The translations under genes were made by a program, and so were the position numbers. The notes under the pieces are model-generated. The model was given only the letters and a program-made list of their open reading frames with translations, was not told where the DNA came from and did not search any database. A stretch of 40,349 nt of DNA from Cellulomonas sp. (GTDB lineage Bacteria > Actinomycetota > Actinomycetes > Actinomycetales > Cellulomonadaceae), in NCBI GenBank assembly GCA_031178805.1, contig JAPSIJ010000001.1:1-40349 (forward strand), in the 5' to 3' direction. Within the stretch, counting starts at the first letter, position 1. Each line of letters starts with the position of its first letter. Positions 29,121-38,329 of this stretch are shown one piece after another.

Positions 29121-30427
29121 GGGCCGACCCGTACCTGCCCGACCACGTGCCCGGCGGCCTGGACGTCAGCCGGTACGACCTCGAGCTGGACTACCGGGTG
29201 GCGAGCAACCGGCTGGACGCCGTCGCGCGGGTGCACGCCACCGCCGCGGGCGAGGTCGAGCGGCTCTCGCTCGACCTCGTCGGCCTGCGGGTGTCCCGCG
29301 TGCTCGTGGACGGCCGGCGGCCCGCGCGGTTCGCGCAGCGCGACGGCCGGCTCGAGGTGCGGCTCGCGCGCCTGGTCGCCGACGGCACGCCCCTCGTGGT
29401 CGAGGTGCACTACGGCGGGCAGCCCGGGCCCCGGCGCGGCCCGTGGGGCGAGGTCGGCTGGGAGGAGCTCACCGACGGCGTGATCGTCGCCGGCCAGCCC
29501 GACGGCGCGCCGTCCTGGTTCCCGTGCGACGACCGGCCGGCCGCCAAGGCCGCCTTCCACGTCGTCGTCACGTGCGAGGCCGGCTACGAGGTCGTGACCA
29601 ACGGCGTGCTCGTCGGCCGGCGCGCGCGGTCCAGCCGGGTCCGCTGGGAGTTCGACCAGCCGGAGCCGACCGCCCCCTACCTGGCCACCGTGCAGATCGG
29701 CCGGTACGAGCGCGTGCCGCTGACCGCCGGGCCCGTCCCGCAGGACGTCGTCGCCCCCGCCCGGCTGCGGGCGGCGCAGGCGCACGACTTCGGCCGGCAG
29801 CCGGCGATGATGGCGCTGTTCGTCGACCGGTTCGGCGGCTACCCGTTCGCCCGGTACGACGTCGTGGTCACCGACGACCCGCTGGAGATCCCTCTCGAGG
29901 CGCACGGCGTGTCCGTGTTCGGCGCCAACCACGTCGACGGCCACCGGGGCACCGAGCGGCTGGTCGCCCACGAGCTCGCCCACCAGTGGTTCGGCAACAG
30001 CCTCACGGCGGCGACCTGGCGGGACATCTGGCTGCACGAGGGCTTCGCCGCCTACGCCGAGTGGCTGTGGGAGGAGGAGTCCGGCGGCCGCACCGCCGAC
30101 GCCCAGGCGCGCACGGTGCACGGCCGGCTCGCGGGGCTGCCGCAGGACCTCGTGATCGGCGACCCGGGCCGCGAGGCGATGTTCGACGACCGGCTCTACA
30201 AGCGCGGCGCCCTCACCCTGCACGCCCTGCGCGCGGAGCTCGGCGACGTGCCGTTCTTCGAGGTCCTCCGCGCGTGGACCGCCCGGCACCGGCACGGCAC
30301 CGTGACCACCGGGCTGTTCGCCGACTGCGTCCGCGACGTCACCGGGTACGAGCCCGTCGGGCTGCTGGACGCGTGGCTGCACCGGCCGGCGCTTCCGGCG
30401 CTCCCGGGCGCCCGCCGGGGGCGCTGA
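29117..30427 (+). CDS. M1 family zinc aminopeptidase
   Basis: DPYLP, WFPCDD.P, HELAHQWFGN...WLHEG (HEXXH-X18-E), YKRGA; GTGA overlap with NRPS stop. Confidence 0.93.
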   Translation: MRADPYLPDHVPGGLDVSRYDLELDYRVASNRLDAVARVHATAAGEVERLSLDLVGLRVSRVLVDGRRPARFAQRDGRLEVRLARLVADGTPLVVEVHYGGQPGPRRGPWGEVGWEELTDGVIVAGQPDGAPSWFPCDDRPAAKAAFHVVVTCEAGYEVVTNGVLVGRRARSSRVRWEFDQPEPTAPYLATVQIGRYERVPLTAGPVPQDVVAPARLRAAQAHDFGRQPAMMALFVDRFGGYPFARYDVVVTDDPLEIPLEAHGVSVFGANHVDGHRGTERLVAHELAHQWFGNSLTAATWRDIWLHEGFAAYAEWLWEEESGGRTADAQARTVHGRLAGLPQDLVIGDPGREAMFDDRLYKRGALTLHALRAELGDVPFFEVLRAWTARHRHGTVTTGLFADCVRDVTGYEPVGLLDAWLHRPALPALPGARRGR

Positions 30428-30443
30428 GCCCGCTCGGGGCGCC

Positions 30444-30758
30444 CGTGTGCACGGTGTCCCGGGTGGGGGCGCGGTGGTGTTCCGGAGTCGTGTGCACCGT
30501 GTCCCGAGTGCGGCGTGGTGGTGTTGCGGAGTCGTGTCCACGGTGTCACGGGCGGGCACGTGGTGGTGTTCCGAAGTCGTGTGCACTGTGTCCCGGGTGG
30601 GGACCTGGTGGAGTTCCGGAGTCGTGTCCACCGTGCACACGTCGCCGGGCGAGGGTCCGACCTGCTGTCGGGTCACCGTGGTCACCGTGGACGCCGTGGA
30701 CACGTTGCGCGGCACCTGTCCGACCCGCCGTCGGGACACCGTGACCACGGTGGACACG
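30444..30758. repeat. composite intergenic repeat element: 4 direct 44-45 bp units, a pivot and 2 inverted units
   Basis: Units start at 30444, 30489, 30533, 30578, 30623 with CGTGTSCACNGTG; inverted copies end at 30641, 30704, 30758. Confidence 0.9.
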
Positions 30759-30770
30759 AGGCGGGGGTGC

Positions 30771-31511
30771 TCAGGGCAGCAGGTCGGCCTCGCGGACGTC
30801 GACGGTCGGGCTGGTGTCGCCGGGGAGCAGGGCCGCCAGCCCCACGAGGTGCGCACCGCCGTCCCCGGCGAGGGCGAGGTCGGTGAGCCACCACCGCGCG
30901 CCGGGCGGCGGGGGCAGCGCGTCGGGGGCGTGCCGGACCGCCGGGCGGCCCGCGACGTCGTCGACCCGCAGCGCGCGGGGGTCGACGGCGAGCCCGGTCC
31001 CGGCGGCCTTGAGCACCGCCTCCTTGCGCACCCAGGACCGGAGCAGGCCGTCCGGGCCGGGCGCAGGCGGCTCGCCGTCGGCGAGCACGACCTCCGCCAG
31101 CCGCCCGGGCCCGCGCGGGGCGGCCCTGGGCTCCACGTCCACGCCCACCGGCACGTCGGCCGCCGCCGCCACGACGAGGTCGTCGGCGCGGCCCAGCGAG
31201 ACCCGGGGCACCGGTCCGCCGTCGGCCCGCCGCGCCAGGGGAGCGCCGTGCGCGGTGCTGCCGCAGGCGGGGCACCGGCGCCCGACGCGGACGTCCGCAG
31301 CCGCGGCTCCGCACGCCTCGGCGGCCAGGACCCGCGCGAGCAGCAGCGCGGTCGCCACCGCGTCCTGGCGCCGGGGCGGGGCGGCCGCGACGCGGTCCCG
31401 CTCGTCCGGCGTCAGCGCCGGGAGCACCTCGGACACCGGCCTGGTCCACGCCCAGCGCACCCGCAGCACCACGCCCGGCGCGGGCTGGTCCGGGGCGGCG
31501 GGAACGGGCAC
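30771..31511 (-). CDS. 4'-phosphopantetheinyl transferase (Sfp-like)
   Basis: C..CG...HG.P, VGVDVE and WVRKEAVLKA.G.GL motifs; convergent on the NRPS operon. Confidence 0.88.
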   Translation of the reverse strand: MPVPAAPDQPAPGVVLRVRWAWTRPVSEVLPALTPDERDRVAAAPPRRQDAVATALLLARVLAAEACGAAAADVRVGRRCPACGSTAHGAPLARRADGGPVPRVSLGRADDLVVAAAADVPVGVDVEPRAAPRGPGRLAEVVLADGEPPAPGPDGLLRSWVRKEAVLKAAGTGLAVDPRALRVDDVAGRPAVRHAPDALPPPPGARWWLTDLALAGDGGAHLVGLAALLPGDTSPTVDVREADLLP

Positions 31512-31566
31512 GGCGTCATCATCGCGTGCCGGACCCCTTGACGGGACGGCGCGGCGCCTGTGACGC

Positions 31567-31595
31567 TCTACAGCGTTGCACTACAACGATGTAGA
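31567..31595. promoter_or_regulatory. tandem LacI-type operator candidates
   Basis: CTACAGCGTTGCAC and CTACAACGATGTAG, CG-centred near-palindromes just upstream of the GH43 gene. Confidence 0.6.
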
Positions 31596-31608
31596 ACCGG
31601 AGCGACCG

Positions 31609-33414
31609 ATGCTTTCGCGCAGCACTGACCCCCGATCCGCCCACCGCCCGGCCGCCGCGCTCGTGGCGCTGCTGGCCGTGGTCCTCGCCCTGACGGCCGC
31701 GGGCCGGGCGTCCGCCGCACCCGCCGCACCGCCGCCCTCACCGTCCGTCGGCACCTCCGTCGGCACGTCCGCCGCACCGCCCGCCGACGTCGCCGCCCTG
31801 GCCGTCGACCCGCCGGGCGGCAAGTCGGTGGTGGGGGAGACCTCGCCGATCCACGACCCGGCGCTGATCATCGACGACGACGGCACCTGGTACGTGTACT
31901 CGACGGGCCTGGTGAACCGCGAGAACGGCGGCACCATCCAGGTGTGGTCCTCGGCCGACGACGGCACCACCTGGGCGTACCGCGGCACGATCTGGGACGA
32001 GATCCCCGCCTGGATCGACGAGCACTTCGCCGACGGTGCGCTGCCGGACAACCTGTGGGCGCCGGAGATCTACGAGCACGACGGCACCTACTACCTGTAC
32101 TACTCGGCGTCGCGGTTCGGCACCGACACCTCGGTCACGGCGCTGGCCACCAGTCCCACGCTCGACCCGGAGGACCCGGACTACGGCTGGGTGGACCAGG
32201 GCCCCGTGATCAGCTCGCCGGTGACCGGGCTTCCCGACGGCAAGGCGTTCAACGCGATCGACGCCGGGATCGTCGAGGACGAGGACGGCACGCCGTACCT
32301 GGCGATCGGCTCGTTCTGGTACGGCATCTTCCTGGTGCCGATCGAGTGGCCGAGCGGCAAGCCGGTCGACGGCTGGCAGGCGCGGACGGTGCACCTCGCG
32401 GACCGGATGATGGAAGGCAACCCGATCGAGGCGCCGTACATCGTGCACCGGGACGGCTACTACTACCTGTTCGTCTCGTTCGGCTTCTGCTGCCGCGGCG
32501 CGGACTCGACCTACCAGGTGGCCGTCGGGCGGGCCGAGCAGGTGACGGGCCCGTACCTGGACGCCGAGGGGCGTGACCTGGCCGACGGCGGCGGGACGAT
32601 CGTGCTCGACCGGCACGGCGCGGTGGTCGGACCGGGCGGGCAGTCGGTGTTCGGCGACTACCTCGCGTTCCACTACTACGACGCGTCGAACACCACGGCG
32701 CCCCACATCCCCACGCTGGGCCTCCAGCGGCTCGACTGGGTGGACGGCTGGCCGGTCGCGGACCAGGCGGTCGAGCTGCCCGCCGTCGCGACGCCCCCGG
32801 CGTCCGGCACGGTCGAGCCGGGCGCGGACGCGACGTTCGCGGCGCGGGTCACCGGGTCGCCGCGGCCGGTGGTGACGTGGCAGACGTCGGCCGACGCGGG
32901 CGCCACCTGGAGCGACGTGCCCGAGCAGCCGGTCACCGTGCCGGAGGGTGCGGGCACCGGTGCCGCCGGGGGAGTGCAGGCGCTCGCGGCGGGGGACGCG
33001 GCCACCTCGACCCTGGTGCTCCCGGCCGTGACGGCCGCGCAGGACGGGCTGCTGGTGCGGGCGACGGCGCACAACGCGCACGGCACGGCGACCAGCGCCC
33101 CCGCGACGCTGACCGTCGCGGCGGCCGGTCCCGCACCCGGTACGCCGGTGCCCGGGGCGCCGGGGGCACCGGTGCCGGGGACGCCGGCCGCGCCCGCAGC
33201 ACCGGCCGTCCCGGTCGCACCCGCCGCCGGGACGGGGTCGGGCGTGCTCGCCGCGGGCGGCGGGACCCGGTCGGGCGTGCTCGCGGCGACGGGCTCGGAC
33301 CCTGCTCCGCTGCTCGGCCTCGCGGTGGGGATGCTGCTCGCCGGGGCCGCCGGTGTCACCGCGGCGGGGCTGCGCGCGCGGCGGGGCCGGCCGGGCGAGG
33401 CCCCGGGGGTCTGA
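31609..33414 (+). CDS. secreted, sortase-anchored GH43 endo-arabinanase-like glycosidase with Ig-like domain
   Basis: Signal peptide, HDP, WAPE, NAID, GSFW, IEAP, GFCC, GPGGQS motifs; Pro/Ala linker; LAATG + hydrophobic stretch + RARR tail. Confidence 0.88.
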   Translation: MLSRSTDPRSAHRPAAALVALLAVVLALTAAGRASAAPAAPPPSPSVGTSVGTSAAPPADVAALAVDPPGGKSVVGETSPIHDPALIIDDDGTWYVYSTGLVNRENGGTIQVWSSADDGTTWAYRGTIWDEIPAWIDEHFADGALPDNLWAPEIYEHDGTYYLYYSASRFGTDTSVTALATSPTLDPEDPDYGWVDQGPVISSPVTGLPDGKAFNAIDAGIVEDEDGTPYLAIGSFWYGIFLVPIEWPSGKPVDGWQARTVHLADRMMEGNPIEAPYIVHRDGYYYLFVSFGFCCRGADSTYQVAVGRAEQVTGPYLDAEGRDLADGGGTIVLDRHGAVVGPGGQSVFGDYLAFHYYDASNTTAPHIPTLGLQRLDWVDGWPVADQAVELPAVATPPASGTVEPGADATFAARVTGSPRPVVTWQTSADAGATWSDVPEQPVTVPEGAGTGAAGGVQALAAGDAATSTLVLPAVTAAQDGLLVRATAHNAHGTATSAPATLTVAAAGPAPGTPVPGAPGAPVPGTPAAPAAPAVPVAPAAGTGSGVLAAGGGTRSGVLAATGSDPAPLLGLAVGMLLAGAAGVTAAGLRARRGRPGEAPGV

Positions 33415-33473
33415 CGGCCTCGGGGTCCGGGCTGCGCACCGCGCGGGTGCGCGGCCCCGGACCCAGGGAGCCG

Positions 33474-34916
33474 TCAGGCCGTGACGCTCTCGCGGGAGGT
33501 GAACCGGCGGACGGTGCCGCGCATGCCGAGCTCGCTGCGCCGGGCCAGCGCCAGCCCGACGACGAGGGCGCCGAGCAGCGGCCCGACGCCGCAGGCCACC
33601 ATGCCGGCGCGCGCGCCGACGTGCTCGCAGATCCAGCCGATCAGCGTGCCGGACACCGCCTGGGCGCCGAGCAGCACCAGCACGTACAGCGCCATCACGC
33701 GGCCGCGGACGTGCGGCGCCACGGTGGTCTGCACCAGGGTGTTGCTGCCGGTGAGGTAGAGCAGCGTGACGACGCCCATCGCGATCAGCACCGCGATGAA
33801 CAGCGGCAGGCTCGGCGCGAGCGCGGCGAGCAGCTGCAGGCCGCCGATGCCGCCCGCCAGGAGCACCAGGTGGGTGATCCGGCTGCCGCGGCGGCGGGTG
33901 GACAGCAGGGCGCCGGTGAGCGCGCCGACCGCGAGCATCGACGTGAGCAGCGCGTAGCCGCCGGCGTCGGTGCGGAACACCTGGTCGGTGTACGCGGCGA
34001 GCACGGTGGCCATGTTGACGCCGGTGACGGCGACGAACCCGACGAGCACGACGGACCACAGGATCCGCGGGCTGCGCCGGACGTACGCCAGGCCCTCGCG
34101 GAGCTGGCCGCGGGCGCGGGCGACGACCGGCGCGGGGGTCAGCTCGGAAGCGCGCATGAGGACGAGCAGCAGCACGGCGGCGAAGCACGCCAGCCCGTTG
34201 AGCAGGAAGGTCCAGCCCTCGCCGACGGCGCTGATCAGGCCGCCCGCGACGGCAGGCCCGACGAGGCCGCCCAGCTGGAACACCGCGGAGTTCACGCTGA
34301 TCGCCTGGCGCAGGTGCTGCGGGCCGGCGATCTCGTGCACGAACGCCTGCCGGGCCGGGTTGTCGAACACGGTCGCGAGGCCGCTGACGAACGCGGCGAC
34401 CAGGACGTGCCACGCCTGGACGTGCCCGGTGAGCGCGAGCACGGCGATCGCGAGCGTCGACAGGCCGAACACGGACTGGGTCACCATCAGCACCCGGCGC
34501 CGCGGGTACCGGTCGGCGATCACGCCGCCGACCAGGCCGAGCAGCAGCATCGGCAGGAACTGCAGGGTCACCGTCAGGCCGACGAGGGCGGCGGAGCCGG
34601 TGAGGCTGAGCACCAGCCAGTCCTGGGCCACGCGCGCGGCCCAGCCGCCGGTGTTGGTCAGCACCTGGGAGGCGACGTACAGGCGGAAGTTCCGGACGCC
34701 CAGCGCGGCCAGCGTGGCGTTGCGGGGACGCGGGGCGGACGCGCTCGCGGCGGCGGCGTCGGCGGGGGTGTCGACCGGGGCGGCCGGGCGGCGGTGCAGC
34801 GCGAGCCGGGGGCGGTGCAGCGTCCGGGCGGTGCGGCTCGCGGCCGTCGGGGCGACGGTCCGGGCGGTGCGGCGGGTGCGGGTCGGGGACAGGGACGGGC
34901 GGCGAGCCGAAGGCAC
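33474..34916 (-). CDS. MFS transporter (DUF894/MFS_3-like)
   Basis: RNFRLY, AQDWLV, GGVIADRYPRR motif A, DNPARQAF, RGRVM; start GTG 34916 uncertain. Confidence 0.88.
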   Translation of the reverse strand: MPSARRPSLSPTRTRRTARTVAPTAASRTARTLHRPRLALHRRPAAPVDTPADAAAASASAPRPRNATLAALGVRNFRLYVASQVLTNTGGWAARVAQDWLVLSLTGSAALVGLTVTLQFLPMLLLGLVGGVIADRYPRRRVLMVTQSVFGLSTLAIAVLALTGHVQAWHVLVAAFVSGLATVFDNPARQAFVHEIAGPQHLRQAISVNSAVFQLGGLVGPAVAGGLISAVGEGWTFLLNGLACFAAVLLLVLMRASELTPAPVVARARGQLREGLAYVRRSPRILWSVVLVGFVAVTGVNMATVLAAYTDQVFRTDAGGYALLTSMLAVGALTGALLSTRRRGSRITHLVLLAGGIGGLQLLAALAPSLPLFIAVLIAMGVVTLLYLTGSNTLVQTTVAPHVRGRVMALYVLVLLGAQAVSGTLIGWICEHVGARAGMVACGVGPLLGALVVGLALARRSELGMRGTVRRFTSRESVTA

Positions 34917-35014
34917 AGGAGTTCCTAGCTGAGGTGGTGCGGAGGTGGCGTGCGGAACGGGGTCCGTGAGAGTCAGTACCTCTACGGTACGGTCGCCGCG
35001 CTCATTTTTCGACG

Positions 35015-35052
35015 TCATGACGGCTATCAGTGCCATCATGTTCCGTAATGAT
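35015..35052. promoter_or_regulatory. LysR-type binding region between divergent lysR and MFS genes
   Basis: AT-rich stretch with T-N11-A box ATCATGTTCCGTAAT. Confidence 0.45.
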
Positions 35053-35103
35053 CACGTCGCGTCCACGCAGGTCGTGGGCGGTATGTCCGAAGCGGAGGTT
35101 CGC

Positions 35104-35949
35104 GTGCTTGACCCCGACCAGCTGCGCACTTTCCTGGCCGTTTCCGAGACGTTGAACTTCACGCGGGCGGGCGCGCGCCTCGGTCTGTCGCAGCCCACCG
35201 TGAGCCAGCACATGCGCAAGCTCGAGGAGGCCGCGGGCCGCCGGCTGCTGGACCGGGACACCCGCGGCGTGCAGCTGACCGACGACGGCCAGGCGATGGC
35301 GACGTTCGCCCGGACGATCCTCGCGGCGCACGACGAGGCCACCCGGTACTTCACCGGGTCCGCGATGCACGGGCGGCTGCGGTTCGGCGCCGCGGACGAC
35401 CTGGCGCTGGCGCAGCTGCCCCGCGTGCTGCGGGACTTCCGGCGGCTGCACCCGCGGATCAACCTGGAGCTCACCGTCGCGCAGAGCGGGGCGCTGCACC
35501 GGCGGGTCCGCGCCGGCCAGCTCGACCTCGTCTACATCAAGGAGGCCACCGGGCAGGCGGAGGGCCAGCTCGTCCGCCGCGACCGGCTGGTGTGGGTCGC
35601 GCTGCCGGGCACGGCGGTGGACCCGGGCGCCCCGGTGCCGCTGATCACCTACCAGGGGTCCTCGATCACCCGGCAGGCGGCGGTGCAGGCGCTCACCGAG
35701 GCGGGTCGGCCGTGGCGGATCACCTGCAAGACGGTCGAGGTGAACGGGGTGCTCGCCGCCCTGCGCGCGGGCATGGGCATCGCGGTGCTGCCGCAGAGCC
35801 TCATCCCCGAGGACCTCGTGCCGCTGCCCGCGGGGCTGGGGCTGCCGGACCTCGGGGACGTCGACATCACCCTGGTGGCGAACCCGCAGTCGCCGCGGGA
35901 GCCGATCGAGGCGCTGACCAGCGCGATCCTCGGCACCGGACCGCGCTAG
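35104..35949 (+). CDS. LysR family transcriptional regulator
   Basis: LRTFLAV, NFTRAG..LGLSQPTVSQHMRKLE HTH; GGAGG before GTG 35104 (alternative ATG 35083). Confidence 0.94.
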   Translation: MLDPDQLRTFLAVSETLNFTRAGARLGLSQPTVSQHMRKLEEAAGRRLLDRDTRGVQLTDDGQAMATFARTILAAHDEATRYFTGSAMHGRLRFGAADDLALAQLPRVLRDFRRLHPRINLELTVAQSGALHRRVRAGQLDLVYIKEATGQAEGQLVRRDRLVWVALPGTAVDPGAPVPLITYQGSSITRQAAVQALTEAGRPWRITCKTVEVNGVLAALRAGMGIAVLPQSLIPEDLVPLPAGLGLPDLGDVDITLVANPQSPREPIEALTSAILGTGPR

Positions 35950-35999
35950 TCTCACCGGCGGCCCGCCCGGGCCGCCCACCGCCGCCGAGAGGACCCGCG

Positions 36000-36377
36000 T
36001 TGCCCAGCGTCGACTACTTCCTGACCGGTCAGCCCGACGCCGCGCGCGCCGCGCTGGCCGCCGCCCTGCAGGAGCACGGCTTCGAGGTGACCACCAACCC
36101 GGACGGCACCTGGGCGGTCGCCCGCGGCAACGCCACCCTCACCGCGTTCGTCGGCGCGCTCGCCGGCCGGTCGAAGCAGCGCCTGGTGTACGCGATGCAC
36201 TTCTTCGACCACCAGGGCACGCTCGTGGCCCGGTTCTTCCGCGAGTCCGGCGCCGGCGTCCTGGGCGGCGCGGTCGGCCTCGCGCGGTCCAACTCGGTGT
36301 TCACCGAGGTCAGCGAGGCCGTCGCCGCGCGCCTGCAGGGCCAGGGACTGCTGGGTCACCTCGTCCGCGGCGCCTGA
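36000..36377 (+). CDS. hypothetical protein, 125 aa
   Basis: TTG start after GAGAGGA; host-like GC3-rich codons; fills the gap between lysR and the LLM gene. Confidence 0.75.
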   Translation: MPSVDYFLTGQPDAARAALAAALQEHGFEVTTNPDGTWAVARGNATLTAFVGALAGRSKQRLVYAMHFFDHQGTLVARFFRESGAGVLGGAVGLARSNSVFTEVSEAVAARLQGQGLLGHLVRGA

Positions 36378-36476
36378 CCCCGCCGGGCAGTCCGGGAATC
36401 GCGCGGGCACCCGACCTGGTTAGGCTCGGCGGAGGCCCGCGTCCGTGCGGGTGGTTCGGCACGAGGGAGAGCGTCC

Positions 36477-37496
36477 GTGGCACAGGGTGTGGTGGCCGAG
36501 GGCCTGCAGGTCGGGTACGCGGCGATGCTGGAGCAGTTCCATCCGACGGAGGCCGTCGAGCTGTCCGCCTACGCCGAGAGCCAGGGGTTCCTCGGCACGA
36601 TGGCGGCCGACCACTACCAGCCGTGGGTGCCGCAGCAGGGCCAGTCGTCGTTCGTGTGGAACGTGCTGACCGCGCTGGGTGAGCGCACCACCGGCGACAT
36701 GGGGCCCGGCGTCACCGCGCCGACGTTCCGCTGGCACCCGGCGATGGTCGCCCAGGCGTCCGCCACGCTCGCCGCGATGTACCCGGGCCGGCACTGGCTG
36801 GGCCTGGGCTCCGGCGAGGCGCTGAACGAGCACATCGTGGCGAACTACTGGCCCGAGGCGCCCGAGCGGATCAACCGGATGTTCGAGGCCATCGACATCA
36901 TCAAGAAGCTGTTCGCGGCCTCGCTCGCCGGCAAGGACGTCAAGCACTCCGGGCAGTTCTACAAGGTCGAGTCCACCCGGCTGTGGACCATGCCGGAGGT
37001 CGCCCCGGAGATCCTGGTCGCCACGGCGGGCCCCGTCACGGCCAAGCGCGCCGGCAAGCACGCCGACGGCCTGATCACCGTCGGGGCGCCGCTGGAGAAG
37101 ATCAGCGGGCTGTTCGGCAAGTTCGACGAGGGCGTCCGCGAGTCCGGCCGGAACCCCGACGACCTGCCGAAGGTGCTGCAGCTGCACCTGTCGTGGGCGG
37201 ACACCGACGAGCAGGCGCTCGAGAACGCCATGACCGAGTGGCCCAACGGCGGCATGAAGTTCCCGAAGGGGGACATCCGCTCGCCGTTCGACTTCGCGCA
37301 GATGGCCAAGCTCGTGCGCCCCGAGGACTTCGAGGGCCGCATGGTCATCTCCGCCGACCCCGACGTGCACCGCGCGGAGATCCAGAAGTACGTCGACCTC
37401 GGGTTCGACCGGATCTACCTGCACAACGTCGGCCGGAACCAGCGCGAGTGGATCGACGTGTTCGGGCGGGACGTGCTGCCGAAGCTGGTGCGCTGA
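36477..37496 (+). CDS. F420-dependent LLM-class oxidoreductase (G6PDH/TIGR03557-like)
   Basis: [34 protein letters not shown] motifs; adjacent to cofE. Confidence 0.92.
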   Translation: MAQGVVAEGLQVGYAAMLEQFHPTEAVELSAYAESQGFLGTMAADHYQPWVPQQGQSSFVWNVLTALGERTTGDMGPGVTAPTFRWHPAMVAQASATLAAMYPGRHWLGLGSGEALNEHIVANYWPEAPERINRMFEAIDIIKKLFAASLAGKDVKHSGQFYKVESTRLWTMPEVAPEILVATAGPVTAKRAGKHADGLITVGAPLEKISGLFGKFDEGVRESGRNPDDLPKVLQLHLSWADTDEQALENAMTEWPNGGMKFPKGDIRSPFDFAQMAKLVRPEDFEGRMVISADPDVHRAEIQKYVDLGFDRIYLHNVGRNQREWIDVFGRDVLPKLVR

Positions 37497-37498
37497 CG

Positions 37499-38329
37499 GT
37501 GGCGGAGCCGGGGGCCGTGCCGGCCGCCGCCGTGCTCACCGCCGTGCTCACCGCCTGGGGGGTGCCCGGGATCGGCGAGGTGCGCCCCGGCGACGACCTG
37601 GCGACCCTGCTCGGCGACGCGCTCGCCGCGGACGCGGTGGCCCGGCCGGCGACCGCGCTCGCGGACGGCGACGTCCTGGTGGTCACGAGCAAGATCGTGT
37701 CCAAGGCGGAGGGCCGGGTCGTCCGGGCGGCGGACCGGGAGGCGGCGATCACCGCCGAGACGGTGCGCGTCGTCGCCACCCGGGAGCACCCCGGCGGGGT
37801 GACCCGGATCGTGGAGAACCGGCTCGGCCTCGTCATGGCGGCCGCGGGCGTGGACGCGTCGAACACCCCGGAGGGCACCGTCCTGCTGCTCCCCGAGGAC
37901 CCCGACGCCACGGCGCGGGCCCTGCGGGCGGCGCTGGCGGCGCGGTTCGGCGTGCGGCTCGGCGTGCTGGTCACCGACACCGCGGGGCGGCCGTGGCGCC
38001 AGGGCCAGACCGACATCGCGATCGGCGCCGCGGGCGTGCGGGTGCTGGAGGACCTGCGCGGCTCCACCGACACGTACGGGCGGCCGCTGCAGGTCAGCGT
38101 GGCGGCGCTCGCCGACGAGATCGCCGGCGCCGCCGAGCTGGTGAAGGGCAAGGCCACCGGCGTGCCGCTCGCCGTGGTCCGCGGCCTGGCGCACGCGGTC
38201 ACCGCCGAGGACGGCCCCGGCGCGCGGACCCTGGTGCGGGTGGGACCCGACGACATGTTCGCCGAGGGCACCGCCGAGGCCTACGCCCGCGGCTGGAAGG
38301 ACGCCACGGGCGCTGCCCCGCGTGACTGA
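37499..38329 (+). CDS. cofE: coenzyme F420-0:L-glutamate ligase
   Basis: [57 protein letters not shown]; no fused FbiB nitroreductase domain. Confidence 0.93.
   Translation: MAEPGAVPAAAVLTAVLTAWGVPGIGEVRPGDDLATLLGDALAADAVARPATALADGDVLVVTSKIVSKAEGRVVRAADREAAITAETVRVVATREHPGGVTRIVENRLGLVMAAAGVDASNTPEGTVLLLPEDPDATARALRAALAARFGVRLGVLVTDTAGRPWRQGQTDIAIGAAGVRVLEDLRGSTDTYGRPLQVSVAALADEIAGAAELVKGKATGVPLAVVRGLAHAVTAEDGPGARTLVRVGPDDMFAEGTAEAYARGWKDATGAAPRD

Noticed and set aside
30444-30641. CRISPR array
   Set aside because: Variable parts are only about 11 bp and resemble each other, repeats are degenerate, there is no AT-rich leader and no cas gene
30447-31541. Cys/Trp-rich repeat protein or RiPP precursor encoded by the array (WWCCGVVSTVSR...)
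   Set aside because: The 44-bp unit shifts the frame, there is no SD, codon usage is atypical and the rest is antisense to the PPTase
37528-37554. 12-bp tandem duplication (AVLT x2) at the start of cofE, and similar short repeats in the GH43 linkers
   Set aside because: In-frame slippage in low-complexity termini; no evidence of phase variation
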